Below are positions 18,705 through 29,740 of a DNA stretch of 64,000 nucleotides, in pieces. The position numbers and the translations under genes are program-made. Source of the stretch: Candidatus Latescibacterota bacterium. Lineage in GTDB: Bacteria; Latescibacterota; UBA2968; UBA8231. The notes beneath the pieces are model-generated. The model searched no databases and was not told where the DNA came from. It saw nothing but the letters and a program-made list of their open reading frames with translations. Position 1 is the first letter of the stretch. Each line of letters starts with the position of its first letter. Location of the stretch: assembly GCA_965206595.1 (NCBI GenBank), contig OZ242214.1:2848001-2912000 (forward strand), in the 5' to 3' direction.

Positions 18705-20179
18705 TCGGCGGGCACCTCCCGATCCTGCTGATCGCGCTGCCGCTGGTCTCGGCCCCGCTCTGCGTGCTGCTGCGCAGGCGCGCCCCGGCCTGGGGACTGG
18801 CGGCCGTCGTCAGCTGGCTGACCCTGGGGATGGCCGGCGCCCTGCTCGCCGAGGTGCTCCAGTCCGGTCCGGTCAGCTACGCCCTCGGGAGCTGGAGCGC
18901 CCCCTGGGGAATCGAGTACCGCATCGACGCCGTCAACGCCTTCGTGCTCCTGCTGGTGTCGCTGATCGGCGCCGTGGTCGTCCTCGGGGCGCCGGGCAGC
19001 ATCGCCGGGGAGCTGCCCAAGGCGCGCGGCAACCTCTTCTACGCCGCCTGGCTGCTCTGCCTGACCGGCCAGCTCGGCATGGTGGCCACCGGCGACGCCT
19101 TCAACGTCTTCGTCTTCCTCGAGATCTCCTCCCTGTCGGCCTACGCCCTGGTCGGCATGGGGCCGGACCGCCGCGCCCTGTCCGCCTCGTTCCGCTACCT
19201 CGTCATGGGCACCATCGGGGGGACCTTCTTCGTCACCGGCGTCGGCCTCCTCTACATGATGACGGGGACCCTCAACATGGCCGACATGGCCGAACGCCTG
19301 CCGCCGGTCATGCACACCCGCACCGTGCTGGCCGCCTTCGCCTTTCTCAGCATCGGCCTGAGCCTCAAGCTGGCGCTGTTTCCCATGCACCTCTGGCTGC
19401 CGGACGCGTACGCGTACGCGCCGTCCGCGGTCACCGCCTTTCTCGCGGCCACCGCGACCAAGGTCGCCGTCTACGTCTTCCTGCGCTTCTTCTTCACCAT
19501 CTTCGGCGGCGACTACGCCTTCGGCACCCTCAACCTCGACTACCTGCTGATCCCCCTGGCTCTCGCCGGGGTTTTCGCCGGCTCGCTGGCCGCCCTGTTC
19601 CAGCACAACGTCAAGCGCATGCTCGCCTACTCCAGCGTCGCCCAGGTCGGCTACATGATGCTGGGGATCGGGCTGTTCTCGGTGACCGGGCTCACCGCCA
19701 CCCTCGTGCACCTGTTCAACCACGCCCTGATGAAGGGGGCGCTGTTCCTCGCCATGGGATGCGTCGCCTGGCGCATCGGATCGGTCGAGATCGAGGACCT
19801 GCGGGGCCTCGGCAAACGCATGCCGCTGACCGCGGCCGCCTTCGTCGCCGGGGGGCTGAGCCTGATCGGCGTGCCCCTGACCGCCGGCTTCATCAGCAAG
19901 TGGTACCTGGTGCTGGCGGCCCTGGAGCGCGGCATGTGGCCGGTCGCCGTGCTCGTGCTGGCCGGCTCCCTGATCGCCGTCGCCTACGTCTGGCGGGTGG
20001 TCGAGGCCGCCTATTTCCGGGAACCGGCCGGGGAGGCCGCGGTGGGGGAAGCGCCGCTGTCGATGCAGATCCCGATGTGGATCCTGGTCGCCGCCAACTT
20101 CTACTTCGGCCTGGCGACGGATACGACGGCCGGGGTCGCCGGGCAGGGAGCCCGGCTGCTGATGGGGACCGCCCCGTGA
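18701..20179 (+). CDS. mrpD: Na+/H+ antiporter subunit D
   Basis: GDAFNVFVFLEI, KLALFPMHLWLPDAY, KRMLAYSS, NHALMKG. Confidence 0.92.
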   Translation: MIGGHLPILLIALPLVSAPLCVLLRRRAPAWGLAAVVSWLTLGMAGALLAEVLQSGPVSYALGSWSAPWGIEYRIDAVNAFVLLLVSLIGAVVVLGAPGSIAGELPKARGNLFYAAWLLCLTGQLGMVATGDAFNVFVFLEISSLSAYALVGMGPDRRALSASFRYLVMGTIGGTFFVTGVGLLYMMTGTLNMADMAERLPPVMHTRTVLAAFAFLSIGLSLKLALFPMHLWLPDAYAYAPSAVTAFLAATATKVAVYVFLRFFFTIFGGDYAFGTLNLDYLLIPLALAGVFAGSLAALFQHNVKRMLAYSSVAQVGYMMLGIGLFSVTGLTATLVHLFNHALMKGALFLAMGCVAWRIGSVEIEDLRGLGKRMPLTAAAFVAGGLSLIGVPLTAGFISKWYLVLAALERGMWPVAVLVLAGSLIAVAYVWRVVEAAYFREPAGEAAVGEAPLSMQIPMWILVAANFYFGLATDTTAGVAGQGARLLMGTAP

Positions 20180-20261
20180 GTTCCGCCATGGTTCTGCTCG
20201 GGGTTGCGGTATCGGCCGGCGCCGAGTTCAAGAAGTCCCGGCTGCCGATTGGAGTGGTTCC

Positions 20262-21740
20262 ATGAGCCCTTCCGCCCTCATCGTCGCCGCGGTCTTCCTG
20301 CCGCTGGCCGCCTGCCCCCTGATCGCTCTCACCGGGCGCCGCCCCAACCTGCGCGAGGCGGTGACCCTGGCCGCCGGCGTCGGGACCTTCGGCGCCGTGC
20401 TGCAGCTGCTGCCGCTGGTGACCGCGGGGGAACGGCCCGGGGCAAGTCTCATGCAGGTGCTGCCCGGCATCGATCTCGCCTTCGAGGTCGAGCCGCTCGG
20501 CATGCTCTTCGCCATGGTCGCCTCCGGCCTGTGGATCGTCACCTCCTGCTACTCGATCGGGTACCTGCGCGGCCACCACGAGAGCTCCCAAACCCGCTTC
20601 TTCTTCTTTTTCGCCGTCGCCGTCGGCGCCGCCCTGGCCGTCGCCTTCGCGCGCAACCTGTTCACCCTGTTCCTCGCCTACGAGGTGCTGACGTTCTCGA
20701 CCTACCCGCTGGTGACCCACGCGCGCACCCCGGCGGCCCGGCGCGGCGGCCGCATCTATCTCGGCATCCTGCTCGGCACCTCGTTCTTCTTCCTGCTGCC
20801 GGCCATCCTCTGGACCTGGCACCTGACCGGCACCCTCGAGTTCGCGGAAGGAGGCATCCTGCAGGGGAGCAGCGGCACCGCCGTCGTCGCCCTGCTCCTC
20901 CTCTACGCCTTCGGAACCGGCAAGGCGGCGCTCATCCCCTTTCACCGCTGGCTGCCCGCGGCCATGGTCGCCCCGGCTCCGGTCAGCGCCCTGCTGCACG
21001 CGGTGGCCGTGGTCAAGGCGGGGGTCTTCACGGTGCTGAAGGTCATCCTCTACGTCTTCGGCCTCGACCTGCTGCGGGATACGTCGGCCAGCGTCTGGCT
21101 GATGTACGCGGCCGGCGCCACCGTCCTGATCGCCTCGCTGGTGGCGATGACGAAGGACAACCTCAAGGCGAGGCTCGCTTACTCAACGGTGAGCCAGCTC
21201 TCCTACATCCTGCTCGGCGGCGCCCTTGCCAGCTCCTGGGGGATCGTCGGCGGCGGCATGCACATCGCCATGCACGCCTTCGGCAAGATCACCCTCTTCT
21301 TCTGCGCCGGGGCCATCGACGTCGCCCTGCACAAGACCGAGATCAGCGACATGCGCGGCATCGGCAGGCAGATGCCGGTGACGATGTCCTGCTTCCTGGT
21401 CGGCGCCCTGAGCGTCATCGGCCTGCCCCCGATGGGAGGCTCGTGGAGCAAGTGGTACCTCGCCCTGGGGGCGGTCGAGGCCGGGCAGCTGCTGTTCCTG
21501 GCGGTGCTGATGGTCAGCACCCTGCTCAACATCGCCTACCTGATGCCGATCCCGATCCGGGCCTTCTTCCCGCGAGGAGAGGGCGCCGCGCCGGGAAGCG
21601 GGGCCGAGAACGGCGGCGGGATCCGCGAGGCCCCGGCCTTCATGCTGGCGCCGATCTGCTTCACGGCCCTGGGATGCCTCGTTCTCTTCTTCTGCGCCGG
21701 AGGCCTCTACCGGCTGCTGCTGCCGCTGGCAGGCAAGTGA
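20262..21740 (+). CDS. MrpD-family proton-translocating subunit (second copy)
   Basis: KAALIPFHRWLPAAMVAPAPVSALLHAVAVVKAG, KARLAYSTVSQL. Confidence 0.9.
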   Translation: MSPSALIVAAVFLPLAACPLIALTGRRPNLREAVTLAAGVGTFGAVLQLLPLVTAGERPGASLMQVLPGIDLAFEVEPLGMLFAMVASGLWIVTSCYSIGYLRGHHESSQTRFFFFFAVAVGAALAVAFARNLFTLFLAYEVLTFSTYPLVTHARTPAARRGGRIYLGILLGTSFFFLLPAILWTWHLTGTLEFAEGGILQGSSGTAVVALLLLYAFGTGKAALIPFHRWLPAAMVAPAPVSALLHAVAVVKAGVFTVLKVILYVFGLDLLRDTSASVWLMYAAGATVLIASLVAMTKDNLKARLAYSTVSQLSYILLGGALASSWGIVGGGMHIAMHAFGKITLFFCAGAIDVALHKTEISDMRGIGRQMPVTMSCFLVGALSVIGLPPMGGSWSKWYLALGAVEAGQLLFLAVLMVSTLLNIAYLMPIPIRAFFPRGEGAAPGSGAENGGGIREAPAFMLAPICFTALGCLVLFFCAGGLYRLLLPLAGK

Positions 21741-21762
21741 CGCGGGCAGCGGCGAGGCGACC

Positions 21763-22143
21763 ATGAACCGACCGACCGACAGCCGCCCGGGCTGGATCGA
21801 AAGACCGGGCAGCACCGGCAAGCTCTACCGCCTGCTGCTGGTTTTCTGCGGCCTGCTCCTGGCAGCCGACCTCCTCGATGTCCTCGGGATCTTCCACAAG
21901 CACGTCCATCACGACGCGGAGGGCTGGCTCGGCTTCTACAGCCTTTTCGGGTTCGCCGCCTACGCCTTCATCGTCGGCGCCGGTTGGGTCTGGCGCGCGC
22001 TCGTGGGACGCGGCCCCGACTACTACGACGGGGTTTCCTCCGCAGGAACCGAAGGAGAGGAGGATTCCTCTTCCGATGGGCAATCCAGCGATGCGGACTC
22101 ACTTTGCGAGGACTCGTCTCGCGATGAGGGTTCATCAAGATGA
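21763..22143 (+). CDS. Small membrane protein in the mrp operon
   Basis: Two hydrophobic segments, GFYSLFGF, R..DYYD; acidic tail; ATGA overlap with the next gene. Confidence 0.75.
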   Translation: MNRPTDSRPGWIERPGSTGKLYRLLLVFCGLLLAADLLDVLGIFHKHVHHDAEGWLGFYSLFGFAAYAFIVGAGWVWRALVGRGPDYYDGVSSAGTEGEEDSSSDGQSSDADSLCEDSSRDEGSSR

Positions 22144-23918
22144 GCAGGCCCGTCCGCATCCTCCTGGCGCTGGCCGCCCTGGCGCCGCTGGCGGCGATCC
22201 CCGCTTCCGGCGCGGACCTGACTCCGGGGACGATCATGATCCTCGGGGCGCCCCTGCTCGCGGTGCTGAGGGGACGGTTGCAGCAGCTCTGGCTGATCGC
22301 CCTGCCGGTCCTGAGCTGCGCCCACCTGTTCGCTCTCGACCCGGGCTCCTTCGGGCAGCTCGCCCTCTTCGACTACAGCCTGACCGTCGCCCGGGTAGAC
22401 AAGCTCAGCCTCGCCTTCGGGTACATCTTCAGCATGGCGGCCGTCATCGCGGCGATCTACGCCCTCCACGTCAGGGACAGCCTGCAGCACACCTGCGGCG
22501 CCGTCTACATCGGCGCGGCCATCGGCGCGGTGTTCGCCGGCGACCTGCTCACCCTCTTCGTCTACTGGGAGCTCGCCTCGGTCGCCTCCGTCTTCCTGGT
22601 CTGGGCCGGCGGCAGCGAGCGCGCCTTCCGCGCCGGCATGCGCTACCTCGTCGTCCAGGTAGGCTCCGGGGTGCTGCTGCTTTCCGGCCTGCTCGTCCGC
22701 TACGACGCCACCGGCTCGCTCGCCTTCGACCACCTCGGCGACCCGGGACTCGACAACCTCGGCGGCACCCTGATCTTCCTCGCCTTCGGCATCAAGTGCG
22801 CCTTCCCGTTCCTGCACAACTGGCTGCAGGACGCCTACCCCGAGGCCTCGGTCACCGGCACCGTAATCCTCAGCGCCTTCACCACCAAGCTCGCGGTGTA
22901 CAGCCTCGCCCGCGGCTTCGCCGGCGTGGAGATCCTGGTGCCGATCGGGACCGCGATGACGGTGTTCCCGGTCTTCTTCGCCGTCATCGAGAACGACCTG
23001 CGCCGGGTGCTGGCGTACAGCCTCAACAACCAGCTCGGGTTCATGGTCGTCGGCATCGGCATCGGCACCGAGCTGGCCCTGAACGGGGCGGTCTCCCACG
23101 CCTTCGTCCACATCATCTACAAGGCGCTGCTGTTCATGTCGGTGGGAGCCGTGCTCTACCGGGCGGGCACGGCGAAGGCGTCCGAACTCGGCATGCTCTA
23201 CAAGTCGATGCCCTGGACCGCGTTCTTCTGCCTCATCGGGGCCGCCTCGATCTCGGCCTTTCCCCTGTTCAGCGGATTCGTCACCAAGTCGATGACCCTG
23301 GGCGCCGCGGCACAGGAGGGCTGGACAGTCTGCTGGTTCCTGCTGCTCTTCGCCTCCGCGGGGGTGCTCCACCACTCGGGGATCAAGATCCCCTTCTACG
23401 GCTTCTTCGGCCTCCGCGACTCCGGGATCCGCTGCCGGGAAGCCCCCTTCAACATGCTGCTGGCGATGGGGATCGCCGCCTTTCTGTGCGTCGCCATCGG
23501 CGTCTACCCGCAGCCCCTCTACGACATCCTGCCGCACGACATCGGCGAGTTCCATGCCTACACGACAAGCCACGTGATCACGCAGCTGCAGCTGCTCTTC
23601 TTCGCCATGCTCGCCTTCGCCTTCCTGGCGCGGCGACACCTCGAGACGCCGGAGCTGCCGTCGGTCAACCTCGATTTCGACTGGGTCTACCGGAAGCTGC
23701 TTCCCGGGGCGGTGCGGTCGCTGGCAGGGGTCTTCGTGCCGGTGCGGGACCGCCTACGCGACAACGCCGCGGCCACCGTCCTGGAGCTCGCCGGTTTCCT
23801 TCAGAAGCACCACGGCCCGGCCGGCATCCTCGGCCGCACCTCGCTTACGAGCGTCTCGGTCCTCATCGTCGGGCTGCTGCTGGCGCTGTCGCTGATTCTC
23901 TATTTCGCGGGTTCGTAG
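22140..23918 (+). CDS. MrpD/MrpA-family subunit (third antiporter-like subunit)
   Basis: GDLLTLFVYWE, KCAFPFLHNWLQDAYPEA, ENDLRRVLAYS. Confidence 0.9.
   Translation: MSRPVRILLALAALAPLAAIPASGADLTPGTIMILGAPLLAVLRGRLQQLWLIALPVLSCAHLFALDPGSFGQLALFDYSLTVARVDKLSLAFGYIFSMAAVIAAIYALHVRDSLQHTCGAVYIGAAIGAVFAGDLLTLFVYWELASVASVFLVWAGGSERAFRAGMRYLVVQVGSGVLLLSGLLVRYDATGSLAFDHLGDPGLDNLGGTLIFLAFGIKCAFPFLHNWLQDAYPEASVTGTVILSAFTTKLAVYSLARGFAGVEILVPIGTAMTVFPVFFAVIENDLRRVLAYSLNNQLGFMVVGIGIGTELALNGAVSHAFVHIIYKALLFMSVGAVLYRAGTAKASELGMLYKSMPWTAFFCLIGAASISAFPLFSGFVTKSMTLGAAAQEGWTVCWFLLLFASAGVLHHSGIKIPFYGFFGLRDSGIRCREAPFNMLLAMGIAAFLCVAIGVYPQPLYDILPHDIGEFHAYTTSHVITQLQLLFFAMLAFAFLARRHLETPELPSVNLDFDWVYRKLLPGAVRSLAGVFVPVRDRLRDNAAATVLELAGFLQKHHGPAGILGRTSLTSVSVLIVGLLLALSLILYFAGS
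23874..23915 (+). repeat. 42-bp direct repeat, left copy (3' end of the last mrp gene)
   Basis: CTGCTGCTGGCGCTGTCGCTGATTCTCTATTTCGCGGGTTCG; one mismatch to 32909-32950. Confidence 0.9.
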
Positions 23919-23937
23919 AATGGGTTGCGCCGCAGGT

Positions 23938-26900
23938 TCAGCGCAGCAGGGTGAGCTTGCGCGTCTGGACGCTCTCGTCCGTCACCAGCCGGTATAAATA
24001 CACGCCGCTGGCCAGTTGGCGGCCCCGGTCGTCGCGCCCGTCCCAGTGAAGGCGGTGGACCCCCGCTTTCTTCTGCCCCCGGTGCAACACCGCCACCCGC
24101 TGCCCGGTCAGTGCGAACACCTCCACGCGCGCAGCACCCGGTCTCAGCAGGAACCAGGAAATGACGGTCTCGCTGTTGAAGGGGTTGGGGACGTTCTGCT
24201 GCAGCTGGGGGCCGTCGGGCAGGCCGATCAGCTCCCAGGCCAGCGCCAGCAGCTTGCCCCGTGCGGGATCCCCGAAGTGGTCGGCCAGGAGGAAGAAGTC
24301 GGCGAAGTCGACGCTGCCGCTGCCGTCGAGGTCGAAGCGGGGGTCGCTGCCGCCGAAGGCGTCTGCGAACAGGAAGAAGTCGGAGAAGCCGGTCTCGCCG
24401 TCGCCGTCGAAGTCGGGGGTGGCTTCCGCGGTGGCGGTGAAGGTGACCGGCTCGAGGCCGGCCACGGTTGCCACGGCGGTGTTGGCCCCTGGTCGGCTTC
24501 CCAGGGTCAGGGTGCTGGCGGCGCGGCCGTCGGCATCGGTAGTGGTCGTGGTTGGGGAGAGCGTCCCCTCACCGGCGGTGACCGCGAAGGTGACCGCGGC
24601 CCCGGGAAACGCCGCCCCGTTCTGATCGAGCACGGAAACCACGAAGGGGTTGGCCAGCGAAGCGCCGGGCGCTCCCTGCTGCTCATCGCCGGAGACCTTG
24701 GTCACGCTTTGGGGGATCGCCTGCCCGGTGGCGATGAAGGCCACTGGCTTCAGCTTGGCGACCCTTACCGAGATGGTGTTTGTCCCCGGCTCGCTTCCCA
24801 GGGTAAGGGTACTGGAGGCGCGCCCGTTGGCATCGGTTGTGTCGGTGGTTGCCGAGAGGCTCCCTTCGCCGGCGGTGACCGCAAATTTAACCCGGGCACC
24901 TTCCATTGGATTGTTGTTCTGATCCCGGACCTCGACAACGAACGGCTGGGACAGGGCGGCGCCAGCCGGCCCTTCCTGTTTATCGCCGGCGAGCTTGGCC
25001 AAGGTCCGGGGGATCGCCTGCCCAGTGGCGCTGAAAATCACCGGCTCCAGATCGGCGACCGTTGCCTCTACGGTGTTCGTTCCGGGATTGCGACCCAGGG
25101 TCAGGGTGCTGGAGGCGTGTCCGTTGTCATCGGTGGTTGCCCTGGATTTGGAGAGGGTTCCACCCCCGGCGGTAATCGAAAATTCAACGGTGGCCCCGGG
25201 AATCGGGTCCCCGTACTGATCGAGCACCTCGACCACGAAGGGCTCGGTCAACGCAGCGCCCCCTGGTGCCTGCTGTTCATTGCCGGAAAGCCTGGCCAAA
25301 CTCTCCGGGCGCGGTTGAACCAGCTGCAGATCCCACAGCAGAACCGTGCCGTCATTCGACCCGGAAGCCAAAGTCGTTCCGTCGGGCGAAAAGGCCACCG
25401 AGTAAGTCTCGGCCTTGTGTCCCTTCAAAGTGGCAATCTTCCCCTTTGTCGTCACGTTCCACAGCTTTACCGTGGAATCGTCTGACGTGGAAGCGATGGT
25501 CGTTCCATCGGCCGAGAATGCTACAGTGCGGACTACACCAGTATGGTCGGAGAAGGTGGCGGTATTGGTTTCCGTCGCGACGTCCCACAGCTTTACCGTT
25601 TTATCAAAAGAACCGGATGCCAGCATGGTGCCGTCCGGAGAAAATGCTACCGACCAGACCCAACTTGTATGCCCGGGGAGTGTGGCGGTATTTGTTCCCG
25701 TGGCTACCTCCCACAGTTTGATCTCATTATCCCATGACCCCGAAGCGAGTATGCCTCCATCAGGCGAAAACGCCACAGAGTTGATCGGATCAGTGTGGCC
25801 GTATAGAGTCGCGGCATTTGTTCCTGTAGCAACTTCCCACAGTTTGACCGTATTGTCCGACCCCCCGGAGGCGAGCATCGTTCCATCGGGCGAAAATGCC
25901 ACCGTATAGACCCGATCAGTGTGGCCGTATAGAGTCGCGGCATTTGTTCCTGTAGCAACCTCCCACAGTTTGACCGTATTGTCCGGCCCCCCGCAGGCGA
26001 GTATCGTTCCATCGGAAGAAAACGCCACAGGAATTTCCCCACCTAGATACTTCTCCCCAGGAGTCAGGGGGAACAAATGCCCTTCCAGAATGGCAGTACT
26101 TGTACCCGTCGCCACATCCCATAACTTGATCGTACCATCAGGCCATGCCGCGGAAGCGAGGGTTGTCCCGTCTGGAGAAAATGTCACGAAATAGATCTCA
26201 TCCGTATGCCCGGGAAGGGTAGTGGAGTTCCCCGAGAAAAGATCCCATAGCTTGACAGTACCATCATACCAGGACCCGGAAGCGAGGGTTGTCCCATCGG
26301 ATGAAAAAGTCACCGAAGTGACCGGGTACCAATGCCCCTCCAGGATTGCGGTATTGGCTCCCGTCCCAACGTTCCACAATCTGACCGCAGTATCCTCAAA
26401 CCCCCCGGAAGCTAAGGTGGTCCCATCGGGCGAAAACGCTACGGAAGAGACCGAACTCCTGTGCCCCAAAAGGGAAGCGGTATTGGCTCCCGTTTCGACG
26501 TCCCACAGCTTGGCCGAGTGATCAGATGACCCGGAAGCGAGGGTGGTTCCATCGGGCGAGAAGGCAATCGAAAGGATCGTGCTCCTATGCCCCTCGAGGA
26601 TGGCGGTATTGGCTCCCGTCGCAACATTCCACAGCTTGATGGAATTATCTTCTCCCGCACCAGCGAGGACGGTCCCATCGGGTGAAAATACCGTAGTAGT
26701 GCTCCCGGTCCCGTTTTCCAGAACGGCGGTATAGGCTCCGGTCGCAACGTCCCACAGCTTGATGACGAGACCAGTTCCCAAAGCGACCAGGGTACCGTCG
26801 GGTGAAAGTGCCACAGTAAAGATCCATCCGTGCTCCTCCACGGTGGCGATTTCGGCTCCAGTTGCAACGTCCCACAATTCGACTCCGGGCCCCCCCAAAA

Positions 26901-29470
26901 CGAGGGTCGTCAAATCGGGCGAGTACGCCACGTAGTCCCTCGTGATCAACCCGCTACCAACCCGCCCTTCACCTTTATCAATAGGAATCAGTCCAAGTGG
27001 ACGAAACGTAGATACATCGTGGATCCAAATACCGACCTCGTTTGTCACAGCGAGTCGTTGGCCATCCGAAGAGAAGTAAAGGGACCTGTCGTCCTGACTG
27101 ACGCCTCCCTTTCCCAGCCGAACGGTGGCTCCATATGGCAAGTTCCACGTCCGGAAGTCGTCATCCGGGATTGGCAAGGTAGGCGTTCCTGCTCCCACAG
27201 CATTAAAGGTCACCTCAATCCCGGGTAGCGATATCTCAACGGTGTTGATTCCCGCGTTGATATCAAGGGTGAGGATACTTTGCGCCCTGCCGTTGGCATC
27301 GGTCACCGAGGCCTCACTGTTCGACCTTCCGCCCAATCTCCCATTGCCTTCCGTGACGGTAAACGTGACTCGAGCACCTGGTAAGGGGGAACCGTACTGA
27401 TCTTTCACTTCAACGACCAATGGGTCCGCCAACGCTGTTCCGGGGGTGCCCTCCTGGTTGTCGCCGGAAACCTTAAATAGCGTGTGAGGACGGGGACCGG
27501 TCCATTCAGACACATCCCAAAGTCTGATGGTGCCATCAAAAGATCCCGAAGCGAGGGTACTCCCGTCCGGTAAAAACGACACCGAACTGACCCGAAGCGT
27601 ATGCTCCTTCAGAGAAGCGATCTGGTCCCTCGTCTTAACATCCCACAGAATGACGTTGTTGCCCCAAGCGGAGGCGAGAATTGAGCCATCGGGGGAAAAT
27701 GACACCGAAAAGACCCCATTTCGATGACCTTTGAGAGTATCGATTTTTTCTCGGGTCCCAACATCCCCCAGAATGATGGTGTCATCGGATGAACCGGTAG
27801 CCAGAATGGTTCCGTCGGGTGAAAACGAAACCGAATCGACCCCGTACATATGTCCTTCCAGGGTAGCGATCTGTTCCCGGATCTCTACATCCCACAGAAT
27901 GACCGAGCCATCCAATGAACCAGTAGCAAGGATGGTTCCGTCAGGGGAAAACGATACCGAAATTACCGCATCCGAATGTTCCAGGGCGGCGATTTGTTCC
28001 CCGGTCTTCCAATCCCACAGCATGACCGTGCGCCATGACCCGGAGGCGAGAGTCGTCCCGTCGGATGAAAACGACACTGAATTTGCCCCAAATCTTAGTC
28101 CTTCCAGGGAAACGATTTGTTCCCAGGTGTCCACATTCCACAGCACCACCTTGCGAAATATGCCAACGGCGAGAGTCGTCCCGTCGGGTGAAAACGCCAC
28201 CGAATTGACCACATACGGATGTTCTCCCAGGGTTCCGATCTGTTCCCGGGTCTCTACATCCCACAGCATTATTGTTTTTTCCTCCGCTGAAACGAGCGTG
28301 GTTCCATCGGGCGAGACAGATACCAAGTGGACAGCATCCGTATTTCCGTCCAGGGTAGCGATGTGGTATGGCGAACTTTGTACAAGGTCAAAGGACAGCT
28401 CGCTGACATTTCCGTCAGTACCGACTCCCTGGATGCGGATTGGATGTTCAACAGGATTGAAAAGAGTCGCAAAGGTAGAGGATGGGATAACGCCGTCGTA
28501 ATCGAACTCGACGACGGCCTCTTCTTCACCCCCCAATCCACGACAGGCGATCACTTCCTCTTGATAATATTCCGTAATGGCGAGAAGGAGAACCTGGGGG
28601 AGTCCCCCGGGAGCGCTGAGCTTGATTCGGACAGGGACGCTTGTTGCAGCTTGCGGATATTCAGATGGGGAAAGGAGTTCGATAGTCGCATTCCGGGTGT
28701 CATCCTCAACGTCCCTTTCTGCCAGACTTGCGGAATTGAAGTAGGGACTCACCGACAGGAATTCGGCATTGCATGCAGATAACTGATCAGCAAGTGGGTA
28801 ATAGGACATTATGTACGCATCGTCGTGGAAATCGTGCCACAATCCGAAGGCATGTCCAAGTTCGTGGGCCGCGGTTTTTGGCCAGAAGTCGCCGGGAACC
28901 AATGCCTCTCCACCTATTCCTCTCGACCAGGCGGCTCCGCCTCTACTCCTGTTAATTTTGTTTGTACTATTGTCAATGACGATGAAGTGAACGTTTCGCG
29001 CATTGCCATCGAAGCTTTTGTCCAACCTCCTCCACCACGGTTATAAAGGTGTCGTCCAGATAGTGGTTGTCAGGGTGCTGACCATCCACCCGATGAACCA
29101 TCGGGTCGCCCTGGTCATCGGTTTCAATGGGGAAGGTTTCGGCTCCGTATCCATGCGCTTCCATCTGCTCCGAATAGAATTTCTGGATTTTGAGGATTTC
29201 CTCTTTCATCCTCCGGACCACCTCCTCACGATAGGGACGGTCGTTCGGGAGGAAGTAAATCATGCGAACGGTGAGGGGTTCCCCCACATTCAGATCGGCC
29301 AGCCGCTTTGCCGCGGGGCGGGGGCGTTCCCGCTGCCACTGCTCGAAATCGACGTGCAGGCAGGATTGCAGGCTGTCGGCGGGCGGGGATGAAGCGTGGA
29401 GGGACCCTGTCGGTAGGAAGACAAGACCGATCAAAGCAGACAGGGCGAAACGAGGATTGTTGGTTTTCAT
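23938..29470 (-). pseudogene. Giant secreted protein: metzincin protease + WD40 propellers + Big_1-like Ig repeats + dockerin/EF-hand-like + FlgD-like C-terminus; frameshift near 29026
   Basis: The signal-peptide ORF 28973-29470 shifts frame into 23938-29025. HELGHAFGLWH plus Met-turn YIMSY; about 20 GH..SVAFSPDG..LASGS.D.TVKLWD repeats; VSGD.Q.G..G repeats; DFDGDGETGFSDF; QNVPNPFN. Confidence 0.85.
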
Positions 29471-29740
29471 GAGGTCAATCGCTCTGGGAGTTCGGTATAA
29501 ATCCCTGGATCGCCGGATCGCCCCGCTCGACCGCTGGGAGACAGGCAGATTTTCACGCAGACCGTGGCTTCACCGTTCCCACTGAGCGTGACCCGATGGC
29601 TGCGCTCTCCAGGTCGTCTCCAGCAATCGAAACTTTAGTGGTGGAAAGTGTGTCGCCCCCAGCGTCCCGATTTGACCCGTGGGTCAAGCCAGGTATGATT
29701 CCGCTCCGTGAGAATGGAAGCTGCGGGGAAATGGCCATGG

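Noticed and set aside
18701-23918. Three NuoL/M/N-like genes as complex I or a hydrogenase
   Set aside because: They are flanked by mrpE/F/G/B/C and no redox subunits are present, which fits a known Mrp operon type.
25300-28400. Periodic repeats of about 126 bp as a non-coding array
   Set aside because: They are in-frame WD40 coding repeats.
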